NCBI GenBank assembly: GCA_963845755.1
Contig: CAWJTV010000015.1
Span: forward strand, 128,001-192,000
Origin: an uncultured Planctomycetota bacterium
Lineage (GTDB): Bacteria; Planctomycetota; Planctomycetia; Isosphaerales; Isosphaeraceae
Length of the DNA stretch: 64,000 nt
Direction of reading: 5' to 3'
The notes beneath the pieces are model-generated. The model searched no databases and was not told the DNA's origin. It worked only from the letters and a program-made list of their open reading frames with translations. The position numbers were made by a program, and so were the translations under genes. Positions 1-12,106 of the stretch are shown one piece after another (positions within the stretch are counted from its first letter, which is position 1; each line of letters begins with the position of its first letter).

Positions 1-1492
1 TGGCGCTCACGAGCCTGGCCGTGTCGTCGCTGGCCGGGCTCGGCTGGGACCGGATCGCGGCTGGTGTCGGTCGCCGTAAGGTCCTGGCCATCACGGTCGG
101 GTTGCTCGTCATGACCGTGGTGGCGCTGGCAGCCACGACGGCACTTCAGGGCCGGATCGTCGCGGCGATCACGGCGCGAGAGGCGACCCACGGTGTCTAT
201 GGTCCGCTCGATGCCTCCGCGGCGGTCGGCGAGATGTTGCGGGCATCGGTCCACGGGGCGATCGCGCTGTCGGCGAGCGTGATCGTCCTCGCCTGGGCCA
301 GTCGCCGGATCACGCCGGCCGGAGTGGCCGCGTTGGCGATGTTGACGGCCGATCTCGCCATCGCCAATGCCCGGCTGGTGATCACGGTCCCTCAGGCCGA
401 TTTCGAGCGCGAGCCCGAGATTGTCCGCGTCATCCGCGACGCCGAGCGTGCCGACCCGAGCCCGGGACCCTTTCGTGTCCAGCGACTGCCGTCATGGGTG
501 CCGATCGGTTGGGGCGGAACCGGGTCGTCTCAACGGCTGCGCGCGCTGGTCAACTGGGAGATCGACACGCTCCAGCCGGGATTTGGTCTACTCCATGGGA
601 TGAGTTACGCGTACGACGACCAGAGCCAGACCGGTCGCGCCGAGCTCAAGCAACTCTTCCGCCCGGCGTACCAGTTCGCCGATTCCGAGACTGCGGTCGT
701 GCTCGGAGTGGAACCCGGCCGGCCGGTGCTCTTCCACCCGAGAGGGGCGTTTGATCTCTGGGGTGCCCGCTACTTCATCATCCCGGCCTATCCCGGCGAC
801 TGGACGCGCGACAATCGCAGCTATGCCGCGTTCCTCGACCAGACCGACCTGATCTACCCCGATCCGTCGACGATGGCGAGCACGGACCAGATCGCGGATC
901 GCCAGCATTGGCTCTTGAGCAAGGACGTGCAGGTCCGTCGAAACCGGATTGCCTATCCGCGCGCTGGGTCGTCCACCATGCCTGGCTTCTTCGCGACGGC
1001 GAGCTGATTCCCTCGATGGATTCGCCCGAACCCTTCTCCCGCGACATGATGATGGCGCGGCTTCGTGCGGCGGAGGATCTCGGGACAACCGCGTTCGTCG
1101 AGACGGACGATCTGACGGCAATGCGTCTTCATCTGAGCGACGGCGACGGCCCAGTCGGCTCGAACGAGTCCGTCACGGTGCGCAACGTCTCCTCGACGCA
1201 CGTGGTGATCGACGCCCGGCTCGAGCGGTCGGGGATCGTCGTCCTGGCCGATACGTTCGACGACGGGTGGCGACTCACGATCGACGGATTCCCCGCCCCG
1301 GTGTTGTGCGCCAACCTGCTGATGCGCGGCGCGGCCGTCACCGCGGGCTCGCATACGTTGGAGTATCGTTACGAGCCGACTTCGGTGCGGATCGGTGGGT
1401 ATGCCTCGATGGCCGGCCTGGCGGCCCTGGCCGGCCTGGCTTTTTGGGTTCATCGCAGGCCGATCGCTCCGGCCGTCCTGGGAGTCGGCTGA
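1..1492 (+). CDS. YfhO-like multi-pass membrane protein, 5'-partial, one frameshift near 960
   Basis: ORFs 21..1007 and 908..1492 join. TM helices, then the YfhO-type C-terminus 'GIVVLADTFDDGWRLTIDG..PVLCANLLMRGAAVTAGSHTLEYRYEP' and a terminal TM helix. Confidence 0.75.
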
Positions 1493-3482
1493 GTGAGAGC
1501 GGGGATGGGCGACTCTTGATCGAGATGACGACGGAGACGCTCCAGCACGGCCTGCATCGCGTCGGACTGGATGAGGTTTCGCGATTCGCCCGGGTCCGCG
1601 AACTGCTGGTAGAGTTCCTCGGTTCCGTTCGACCTGGTTACGGATGTAGACGAAACCGTCCTCGGCCAGCGAGATCAGTGGGCCTCGGCGCGCAGGCGAC
1701 CGGCCCTGATTTGGATCGTAGGGGTTGGGCTTGGACAGTTCGGAGATCACCTCGTCGCCGCTGGAATGGTTCGACGGGTCGGAAGGCTCCCGCCAGAACC
1801 GCGCCAGCGAACGGCCCGGGAACGGCGATTCGTCGCGCAGTCCGACGAGGTCGACGATCGTGGCCGGCAGGTCGCGCAGACTTACCGTATTCGGCACGTG
1901 CCCCGTCATCCGCGAATTCGACGGCATCATGATCAAGAGCGGCACGCGGATCTCCGGCCGATAGAGGCTCTCACCGTGGTTGAACAGGCCGTGCTCGCCC
2001 AGTCCTTCGCCGTGATCCGATGTCAGGATCACCAACGTGTCGTCGAGCACGCCGCTGCGCAGCAGATGCTCAAGCAGTTCGCCCAGGCGCTCGTCCAGGT
2101 AGGCCACGCAATTGTCGTAGGAGTCTCGAGCGAGCTCCCGATACGCGGGAGGCAACGTCAGCTTGTCCATCGATTCCCAGTACTCGCCCAGGAAGATGAA
2201 ATCGTCGGCGCTGACGGGGTTTACGCCCGAATCGGTAGTTCATCCCGACCGGAAGCACATAGGGTGCGTGGGCGTCGTAGTAGTTGAGAAACGCGAAGAA
2301 AGGGCGGTCGGGCTGGCGCCTTCGTGAGAGCCATTCCGCGAACGCGACGTTGATCGATCGCGCATCCTTCCGCAATTCCCGCAGGAAGAGGGACGAGATC
2401 CAGGACTGCTGGAGTGGGCGGAAGGGACCGATGTCGAGTTTGCGGCCGACCAGAGCGCCGACCTCGAAGATGCCTTGAAGGCAGTGGTTGACCAACCAGG
2501 CTGTCCGCAAGGGCAGCAGGGAGTCGAGGAGATAATCCTCGAAGTGCGTGAATCCGCGGCTCAAGCCCGTATCATGGGAACAGTATGTGGTGTTGCCGGC
2601 AAATCCGGCCGTCGCATAACCGTGTGATCCGAGATACTCGGCCAGCGTGGGATAACTCTTGTCGAGCGGCGTCAGCCATCTCACGCCGAGCTCGTGAGGC
2701 CAACGGCCCGTGAACATGGTCGCGTGCGACGGAAGGGTCCAGGACGCAGCGGAGCGAGCCTCATCGAAACGTACGGCCGCCCCCGCGACCTTCTCGAGCA
2801 CCGGAGAGGTGTGGCGGCCATACCCGTAAAGGCTCAGATGATCGGCCCGCACTGTGTCGAGTGTGATCATCAGGACATTCGGCGGCCGGCCGGGCGGTAA
2901 GGCGCGACCACTCTCGCGACGCTCCGCCAGCCAGTCGCCCCCGAATACCATGCCGGCGAGGATCAGGACCAGGCCCAACAATCCCGGAAAGCTCAGGAGC
3001 AGGCCGCGGCGCAAGCCGGTCATCCGCCGTTCCAGGAATCGGACCACCTGAAGCGCCGCTCCCAGGGCGAGGGCCGACCAGGCGATCAGGTAGATCTGGG
3101 GGCCCAGGACCGCCAGCACGGGCAGGATCGCCAGGAAGACGACGAGCCGAGGCCCGATCCATTGGCCAGACCGGGGCCGGACCTTCGCCAGGACGGCCAG
3201 GAGTACGCCGATGAACGCGAAGAGCGCCAGGTCCGACAGCGGGGTCAGCCAGACGAAGTGACGGCTCATCAGGTAAAGCCGGTGCTCGGGAAAGAGGGTC
3301 TTGGCAACGGTCCGAGCCCCGACCTCGATCAGGCCGCTGGCCAATCCACACCAGGCGGAGAAGATCAGAAGGTCGATCGGGCCGAGCCTCGGTGCGCTCG
3401 GCGAGGCGGGACCAGGCGAGGATCCCGAGATGTCACCGCCAGCCTTCGTCATTCCGCTCACGTTCAAGTTTCTCGTCTCCAT
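1450..3482 (-). CDS. Membrane-anchored sulfatase-like (alkaline phosphatase superfamily) protein, about 2 frameshifts
   Basis: ORFs 2070..3527 and 953..2170 plus a third-frame tail ending in TGA at 1450-1452. About 5 TM helices, then 'PNVLMITLDTVRADH', 'ASWTLPSHATMFTG', 'NYYDAHAPY', 'TSDHGE' and 'HGESLY'. Confidence 0.85.
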
Positions 3483-3548
3483 GCTAATCCAGTCCGGGCA
3501 GGGACCGATCGCAGACCCCGCGATCACGGTGGGACAGTGGGGGTAAAG

Positions 3549-3592
3549 GATTGTAAATCTCGATTTAATGCAAGCATGAACACTTTACAATC
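3549..3592. promoter_or_regulatory. AT-rich inverted repeat GATTGTAAA-N26-TTTACAATC, candidate operator
   Basis: Perfect 9-bp arms in an AT-rich island between the divergent sulfatase-like and MBL-fold genes. Confidence 0.4.
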
Positions 3593-4030
3593 ATTAACGA
3601 TATGGACGACCTCCCCGTGCGCATGCGCGTACCGGCGCCTCGATCGCTCAAGGCGGTCAAGCGAGCGACTTTGTTATTGAAGAGCGCCCGTAGTAGGTTG
3701 GAGCGCCCGGGCGCAGAACGAGCCCTACCCGCGGAACGCTGGTTCGCAGGTGAGGTTATCTAAAAGTCCGATCTGGTTAGTAAGCGACGAACCTGGCGAC
3801 CCTTGCCCCGGTTTCTTTCCGACGTCCGACGGGTTCTCGAGCCGTCCGAGATCCTGATGAAATGGGCGTGGAGTCTCGCGCCTGGTTGAGCCGGTCGCGT
3901 CGAAGGAGCCAGCTTTCATCGAGGCTGGACCCGACGGCGTGGATTGGATCATTCGCGGATCGACAGGTATGATCGGAGGGGGTGCGGTTGTGACAGTGGC
4001 CCGGCGAGGGCAACGACGACGGAGCGCGGG

Positions 4031-5670
4031 ATGTCGAAGGTCATGGGTCGATTGTGGGGACGATCGAAACGGTTGGTCCTGTCCTCGATGATCGTCGTAT
4101 TCTCGCTGTCCCTCTTCGCAGGATATCGCTGGCATCGCGGCCGGACCCATTCGGCCCTCCGCGCCGGCAGCGTGCCGGTTCTCGGTCGCTCCGCCATGAC
4201 GATCGTGCCGGGGATCCACATCCTCGGCGGCCTGGCGCCCTCGGCGGCGTACGTGATCGAAACTGCGGACGGGCTGATCCTCGTCGATTCGGGCCTCGAC
4301 GACGACGCCGGTCCGCTCAGGTCCCAGATGGCCGAGTTGGGGCTCGATTGGAAGGAGGTGCGCGCGATCTTATTAACGCACGCACACGGGGATCATACCG
4401 GGGGTGCCGAGTCGCTAAGATCGGCGACGGGAGCGAAGGTCTACGCCGGGGCAGGGGACGCCGAAGTGCTGCGGGCTGGTCAGCCGCGCGAGGCGTTCTT
4501 CAGCACCTTCTATATGCCCGATCACACGACCCACCCGACCACGGTGGATGTCGCGCTCGCAGGGGGCGAGACGATCGCCATGGGCGACGTCCGCATCGAG
4601 GCCATCGCCGCGCCGGGCCATACGCCGGGGAGCTTCTGCTACCTGCTGCATCGCGGCGGCCTCCGCGTGCTGTTCGCCGGGGACGTGATCATGATGCTCC
4701 GCGGCGATGAGACGCCCCGGACCCAATTGGGCATCTACTCGGCCTACCTGGCTCCACGCTATCGGGGCGACGCGAAAGATTCGCTCGCCGCACTCCGCGT
4801 GTTGCGGACGTTGCCGGTCCCCGACCTCGTGCTCCCCGGTCACCCCCGCGCCGAACGAGTCCTCCAGAGTCCTTGCCTGTCCCCGGCGGCGCTGGGAATC
4901 GATGCTGGATGGTGGTATTCGTGAGATGGAGACGCTCCTGGCCCGATACCAATCCGACGGCGCCGATTTCCTGGACGGGATTCCCAAGACTGTGTTACCG
5001 GACCTCGATTACCTGGGAGATTTCGGGGGTTCGGCCGTGTACGGATTCTTCGTCGCACCCCGGTTCTTCCTCGTGAATGCTCCGGGCGGGCCGGGACTGG
5101 TCGAGTTCGTGAATGGTCGTCTCCGTCAACTTCACCGAGAGGTGGCGTGTCCGACCGACGTTCTGCTCACGGCCTGTGGCACCGAGGAGACCGCCGGGCT
5201 CCCGGAATTGGTCGCGAAATGCCACCCGCAGGTCTTCGCCGCCCCTGGCGGCATCGACCGGCTCAGGGATTCGTTACCCGCCGGGACCGTGGTCCTCCCG
5301 GCCAGCGACCTGGCCGGCAAGGGATGGTTCCCCGTCGAGTTGATCGCGGTAGGCGGTCGCGGACAGGCGCCAGTCGCTTACCGGATCACCTGGGCCGGCA
5401 AGACCGTGCTGTTCTCCGGACGAATCCCCTCCAAGATCAACCAGGAGTCGGGCGGACGCCTGATCGCCGACCTCACCGGTCCCGCGGGCGACCTTCGCAC
5501 CTACTTTGAAAGCGTCACGCGCTTGTTCGCGGTCAAGCCAGACCTCTGGTTGCCCGCCGTTCCGGTTGAACGGCCAGAACGCCAACCTCTACCAGGGCGA
5601 GTGGCAGTTCGAGATCGAGGAGAACCTCAAGGTCATCAAGGTCATCATCTCGAGCCTGAAGAAACGATGA
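4031..5670 (+). CDS. N-anchored tandem MBL-fold metallo-hydrolase, 2 frameshifts
   Basis: ORFs 3944..4924 and 4707..5804 plus a short tail ending in TGA at 5668-5670. First domain has THAHGDH, PGHT, AGD and PGH; second domain is MBL-like but lacks the metal ligands. Confidence 0.8.
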
Positions 5671-6098
5671 CGTCTTCCCTCGACCGGTATCCGGTTCAAA
5701 CCGAGGCACCGAGGCTCCTCAAGACGCATCGGAATGTGACTGGTCTCAAAAAAAGGAAGCCGATCGCGGATTCCGAGGCCAACGGCCCGATTCTTGCCGC
5801 CTAATTACTAAGCTATTGGGGCTCTCAGGAAGAGAGTGCGCGAAAAACCAGGCTCCGGAGAAGCGGCTCTTGCCCTAAGTATCCTCGAACTCAGTTGATA
5901 CGCCAATTCGGCGGCCTTCCTTACGTCGATGAGCCCACTTCGATCCATCGAAGTGTCCGGTCGATTCTGCGCTCATCGCGCAACCCGCTCGCTTGTTAGC
6001 AAACCAGTATAAACTCATTTGTACAGTTTGCGACATGTACGATCGAACATCAGGACCGGTCCAGGAAAACCCTCGGGCTCGTCGATCGAGGATGAACG

Positions 6099-8504
6099 AT
6101 GCGAAAAACGGTGCGAGTTCTGCTCGTCGGCTTTTTCTGCGCCGGGGCGGCGGCCTGTGCGGTCATGTTCCTCCTCAACCCCCATTTGATGAGTGGGGTC
6201 TGGGCCGATCGGGCGGTGCCGAGCCCTACGCGGGTCCAGAAGGGCGGAGGCGAGGACGCTCCGAGACGTGTCACGGGACAGGATCAGTCCCCATCGGGCC
6301 GGATGGCCACCTACGACATCATCCTGGACAAGTTCGAGGACGGCGGCTACGAGACCGCCGTCAAGTTCATGCCGCCGATCCGCGATCCCCGGTCACTCCA
6401 GGAACTGCGGGAGGCGGTCCGGGCTCGGGGACGGACGGGGATTTCCACGCTCAAGGCGCAGCTACGAGAAACTGAATCTCGATTCGCCGCCGACGCGAAA
6501 GCAAATCCTGGAAAGGGTCTCGCTCCAGCAGTCGATCGGCTTCCTCTATATGTACGAAGGAAAATTCCGGGAGGCGGCGGATTGGTTGGAGAAGGCGCTC
6601 GAGTCCAGCAAGTACCCGAGCGTGCCGGCGACGACGCGGACCCGGCTGCTGGCCGTGCTCGGGATCATCGCGATGCGCCGGGGTGAGATCGAGAACTGCC
6701 TGGAGTGCCTCGGGCCGTCGAGCTGCATCGTCCCGATCGCCAGCGACGCCGTGCATCGGAATCCGTCGGGCTCGCGCGAGGCGGTGAAGTGGTTCCTCGC
6801 GTATTTGAAGGAGATGCCGCGGGACCTTCGGGTCATCTGGTTGCTGAACATCGCCTACATGACGCTGGGTGAACACCCTCAGAAAGTCCCGCCCGAGTAC
6901 CAGCTCCCGGCCGATTTGTTCCGGACCAAGGGAGAGGTCGGCCGATTCGAAAACGTGGCCGCGATCGTCGGCCTGACGTCGCGCGGCCCCAACGAGGCCG
7001 GCGGAAGTGTTTTCGACGACTTCAACGGCGACGAGTTGCCCGACCTGTTCACGACGTCGCTCGACGCCGATCTCGGGGCCTCGCTCTTTCTCAATCGGGG
7101 CGACGGTACCTTCGAGGACCGGTCTGCGTCGGCGGGACTGGGCGACCAGATCTACGCCTTGAACGTCCGAGGCGCCGACTTCGATAACGACGGCGACCTG
7201 GACGTGCTGCTCCTGCGCGGCGGCTGGGAGCGGCCCTTGCGGCTTTCGCTATTGCGAAATCGCGGGGACGGCCGCTTCGATGATGTGACCGCGGCCGCCG
7301 GACTCTCGGAGCCCATCGCCACGGAGTCGGCCGCCTGGGGCGATTATGACGACGACGGCCTCGCTGATCTGTTTGTCTGCGGCGAGTACCTGTCTCCCGG
7401 CGGCAGCCCCGGTTCGGGCCGACAGGATCCGCGCAACCGGTGCCGGCTCTACCACAACCGCGGCGACGGCACGTTTGTGAACGTCGCCGCCGCGGTGGGC
7501 GTCGTCGACGAGCGGTGCGCCAAGGGGTCGGCGTGGGGCGACTATGACGGCGACGGCAGGCTCGACCTGTTCGTCTCGAATATGGGCCAGCCGTGCCGGC
7601 TCTACCGGAACGCGCGGATGGCACCTTCGAAGACGTCGCGCCGAAGCTCGGCGTCACCGGCACCGATTACAGCTTCGCCTGCTGGTTCTGGGATTACGAC
7701 AACGACGGACACCTCGACATCTACGTCAACGACTACCGGGCTCGGCTCGCCGAGGTGCTGGCCAGCGCCATGGGCGTGAAGATCCGGGGGTCCAGCCGCC
7801 CCCGGCTCTATCGCAACCTCGGCACGGATGGCTTTCGCGACGTCACCGTCGAGATGGGACTCGACCGGGCCATGGCGCCGATGGGCTGCAACTTCGGCGA
7901 CGTCGACAATGACGGCTACCTGGATCTCTACCTCGGGACCGGTGATATGTCCTACGAGGGCCTGGACGTCAAACTGATGTTCCGCAACATCGAGGGCCAG
8001 GGCTTCGAGGATGTGACCATCGCCTCGGGGACGGGCCACCTCCAGAAGGGACACGGGGTCTCGTTCGCCGACTGGGACTGTGACGGTGACCTCGACCTGT
8101 TCGTCGAGCTGGGCGGTGGCACACCCGGCGACCAGGCCTACAATGCCCTCTTTCAGAATCCCGGCACCGATCGCCACTGGCTGAAGGTCAGGCTGATCGG
8201 GACCAAGACCAACCGCTCGGCCTTGGGTGCGAGGATCCGGGCCGACGTCAAGTCGGCCACCGGCCAGGTGCGATCGATCTACCGGACCATCGGCAATAAC
8301 TCCAGCTTCGGGGGCAACGCGCTGGTCGAGACGATCGGCCTGCAGGACGCCATGCAGGTGGCGGCCCTGACGATTTCCTGGCCGACTAGCCGGACGATCC
8401 AGACATTCCACGACCTCCCCGCCGATCAGTTCATCGAGATCGCCGAGGGCGAATCGGAGTGGAAGGTCCTCCGCCAGAAACAGTTGATACCGCCCAATCC
8501 GTGA
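6099..8504 (+). CDS. CRTAC1/ASPIC-UnbV family protein (N-anchor, TPR-like region, FG-GAP repeats), 2 frameshifts
   Basis: ORFs 6099..6686, 6193..7779 and 7593..8504. Repeated D-x-D-x-D-G-x-x-D-L motifs, 'GHLQKGHG', and the UnbV-type C-terminus 'HWLKVRLIGTKTNRSALGARI'. Confidence 0.9.
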
Positions 8505-8811
8505 CGCGTGTGCGCAATGACCCAAGCCGCCTCAGGGTCCAGATCCCTGGGGTGTGCCGCACGAGTCTGGGCTTTGATAAGCACGCCCTCGGCGCAGGAG
8601 GCGTGACAGATTATGTGGCTGCCGCCGGTTGATTGGTGTGATATCAGGGTGGCAGGGTTCCGTTTCAGGCGGCCTGATTAACGCACACCCAAAAGCTAAA
8701 TCGCCAAGTCCCGCAACATCTCAAGACGGATCTCATCGACACCTGTATGCCTCCAATCAGGTATCTAAGAGTACGAAAGTGTTAAGAGATATTGACTCGG
8801 CTCTTTTTTTG

Positions 8812-8841
8812 TTGACAGCAGATCGAAGCGGTGTATAGAGT
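8812..8841 (+). promoter_or_regulatory. Candidate sigma70-type promoter upstream of the lipoprotein/DUF1559 genes
   Basis: Perfect TTGACA at 8812-8817 after a T-tract; TATAGA at 8834 (16-bp spacer) or TAGAGT at 8836 (18-bp spacer). Confidence 0.5.
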
Positions 8842-9241
8842 TGGGATGCTCTACAGTTTCTAGATAAGTCGTGACCGTATTCGATACAAGCCGATACCTG
8901 ATCGGCATCGATTGTTTTCCGTGGGCTCTCATTGCGAGTGAGCAGCCTGGTGGGGATAACGAGCGTGCCTTTCTGTCGCTGAAAGGATTGAGAGGTTCCC
9001 GGCCTGCGACGGTTTCGATGGGGCGGGAGGTTTGTCGTTCCTCTGAATCGTCCCCATCGGACTGAAATCGCGGGCCGAGCTGACGAGTTGCGTGACTCCT
9101 CTCGAATCACGAGCGACCGAGGCGCGATCGTCGGGGCGAGCGGCTTCGGCCCCACGATCCGGGAGGCGCGAGGCAAGGGCAAGAGTTTGTGATTCCGTTT
9201 TCGCTGTTCATAAGTTAAGGTCTTCAACAGGAGGGGTTCTC

Positions 9242-9487
9242 GTGAATTCGTTCACTCGCGGGTTGGGGTTGGCTCTGGTAGTCGCGGGCATGCTGGGAGT
9301 GACGGGTTGCTCGACAGACAACGAGTCGGAAGCGGCCCGAGCCAAGCCTCTGGGGGATGCGGGCGTCGTCAAGACGGATCCCAATGCGACCAAGAATGAG
9401 GCGCCGAAGAGTCAGAAGGAATGGATGGAGCGAAAGGGCGATCCTTACAAGGCCGCAGGCTATCCCGGTACGACCAAGTCGAAGTGA
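9242..9487 (+). CDS. Small lipoprotein (81 aa)
   Basis: GTG start after an AGGAGGGG RBS; signal peptide ending in lipobox VTG-C; directly upstream of the DUF1559 gene. Confidence 0.75.
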   Translation: MNSFTRGLGLALVVAGMLGVTGCSTDNESEAARAKPLGDAGVVKTDPNATKNEAPKSQKEWMERKGDPYKAAGYPGTTKSK

Positions 9488-9605
9488 TCCTAATGTCTCG
9501 CCGCACGGTCGAAATCCGTCTTTACCGTTTCCGTTTCGCGTTCTCTTACAAGCACATCATACCGATGTGCGCATTCATTTTCGTTGGTTTTCAGGGGGTC
9601 CATCC

Positions 9606-10750
9606 ATGAGTCGTAGACTTCGAGGATTCACGCTGATCGAATTGCTCGTCGTCATCGCGATCATCGCGGTGCTCATCGCACTGCTCCTTCCGGCCGTACA
9701 GGCGGCCCGCGAGGCCGCCCGCCGGGCGCAGTGCACCAATAATCTCAAGCAAATCGGCCTGGCCATGGCCAACTATGTCAGTGCGTACACCAACGTACCG
9801 CCGAACTCGGTCAACGCGTTCTGGGTTCCACCGACCACCAACACCCAGGTCATGCCGCACCAGAACTGGTCGCAGCTTGCCCGGCTGCTCCCGTACCTGG
9901 AACAGCAAACGGCCTACAATGCAATCAACTGGTCCTTCGGCGCCCGCTGGAGCGATGGAGACAGTGTGTACACCGACGGCGGTAATGATATCAATGCCGC
10001 CCTAGGGGCCGATGCGGAACCTCAGGTCACGGTCCTGACGATGCAAATCCAGACCTTCCTGTGCCCCTCGGACACGATGAATCCCGGTGCGTCGGGACTC
10101 GTCAATCTCAACGGAACGGCGCGGCTGATCGGGTCCTTCAACTACCCGTCAAACGTCGGGCTGAACCGGTATGTCAACTCTCCGACCTGGCAAGCGAATG
10201 GTCCCGGCTACGTCATCACCAACTGGGATACGATCCTTATCCAGCGACAGGTCAGCATCAACACCTTCACGGATGGGACGAGCAACACGGCCATCTTCTC
10301 CGAATGGGTCAAGGGACCGGGCACGTCAACGGTATCCCGGCCCACTCTGGGCATGATCTACAATATCGGTGTCGCTTCCGCGCCACCGACGACCGACCAG
10401 CAATTCGCGTTGATCTGTGCGGCCGTCAAGCCGCTCCCAACGAACCAAACCGGTACCTGCCGGGCTGCCAGAGCTGGGGCTGGAAGGGTGAGTGGTGGGC
10501 CTTCGGCGGAACCTCGATCTATTCGCACACGGCCATGCCCGGTCGCTACCCCTGCGACTATTCCGACCAGCGCGAGGACGGCCGAGGTACGATCACACTG
10601 GTCAACGCCACCTCGAACCACCCTGGCGGGCAGAATGTGCTCTTCATGGACGGCTCGGTCCGGTTCATCAAGACTTCGGTCAACATCATCGCGTGGCAGG
10701 CCATCGGCACCACGAACAACAACGAAGTCGTGAGCATGGATGCGCTTTGA
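9606..10750 (+). CDS. DUF1559 prepilin-type N-terminal cleavage/methylation protein with H-X9-DG motif, frameshift near 10465
   Basis: '[48 protein letters not shown]', 'FLCPSD', 'FTDGTSNT', and '[18 protein letters not shown]' in the downstream frame. Confidence 0.95.
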
Positions 10751-10948
10751 GCTAAGGATTCGCTCGTCGGGATTACTTGGCGTTTGATCACGGGGACACG
10801 ACCTTCGGCGATTGCCGGGAGGGCGTGTCCCCTCATCCATTCATGGCATTCGGTAGGAGCCCGAGAATCCACTCGCTGGCGCGTCGGCCTTGTAGGAACG
10901 GATTTCACCAATCTCGGGCCATGAGCCACGCTCTTTTGTGCGACCGCG

Positions 10949-12051
10949 ATGAACACTGATGAAAAACGGGAGAAATCGCCGATTGCAAGGGTCGGATCGA
11001 GGCGATGGGGGTACAAACTTCTCTCAGCGTTACTTCTGATTGGGTTAACGGCCCTGACGGCCTGGAACCTGACCCGATCGTCCGCCCTGGAGGAAGCGCA
11101 ACGGGATTATTCGCGGGTCGACCTGGTTTCTTGCTTGCAGCATGCCCTGGATCACCTGGAGCGAAGGCCCTGGAGCCATGACGCGGCGCTGCTCGCCGCA
11201 AACTGCCTGAGCCGGATGGATTACTCGGTCGAGGCCGAGGCGTATTATCAGAGGGCCGGGCGGTTGTCCGTGAACGATCTCCAGATCCGCGCCTTCGGCC
11301 TCGTGCGCGGGCCGCATCCGGATCACGCGATTCGGGCCTACCAGCAGATCCTCGAGCGCGAGCCCGAGAATATCGCCGCCATGCGCCGGCTCGCCGCTGT
11401 GATGTTGTCGCAGAACAACACGACGGAGCTGCTAAGGCTATCGGATCGCCTCAGCCACATCCCCGGCGGCGAGGTCATCGGCTTCATGCTGCGGGGGGTG
11501 GTTTATCATAACGACCGGAATCCGCAACAGGCCGTGGCGGCATTCGAGCGCGTCCTGGAGCTCGACCCTGAACTCAAGGAGATGCCCGCATCGCGCAAGA
11601 TGTTCTGGATGCATTTCACCGATGACCTGGCCAGGAGCGGCCGCCTTGACGACGCCGGCAAGTACCTGGCCCAGGAGGTGGCGAGGACACCGGACGCCGA
11701 GCTCATGAACCGGCTCGGCGAGACCTATCTCCTCCAGGGAGAATCCGACGAGGCGGAACGTTGCTTCCGCCAGGCCGTGGAGTGGGATACGAAGAGGTAC
11801 GCTCCCCACCTGCAACTGGCCAAGCTGGCGATTCAGCAAAGACGGCGCGACGAGGCTCTGCAACACCTAAACCAGGCCAGGCTGCTGGCGCCCGGCAGTA
11901 CGGCGTTCTGTACAACCTGGCTTCCGTATATCGGCAGCTCGGCCGCGTCGAAGAGGCCGACCGCATCCAAGAGGCCATCAAGCAGGTGCGCGAAGATGCG
12001 GCCTCGGTGCCACGCGCCCCGCGGGGCGAGTGGCCCCGGTATGCCCTTTGA
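10949..12051 (+). CDS. N-anchored tetratricopeptide repeat protein, frameshift near 11890
   Basis: TM helix followed by TPR-like helices ('AVAAFERVLELDP', 'EAERCFRQAVEWD'); C-terminus lies in ORF 11761..12051. Confidence 0.8.
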
Positions 12052-12106
12052 TTCGATCGAGGCGTCTCCTCGGTCGGGCTTGCATCGGTCCAGGCATGCC
12101 GGCCCT

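Noticed and set aside
4031..5670. Beta-lactamase resistance gene
   Set aside because: The MBL fold alone does not imply beta-lactamase activity; the tandem anchored architecture and context argue for another substrate.
9606..10750. Complete type IV pilus or T2SS locus
   Set aside because: No ATPase, secretin, platform protein or prepilin peptidase gene is present in the window.
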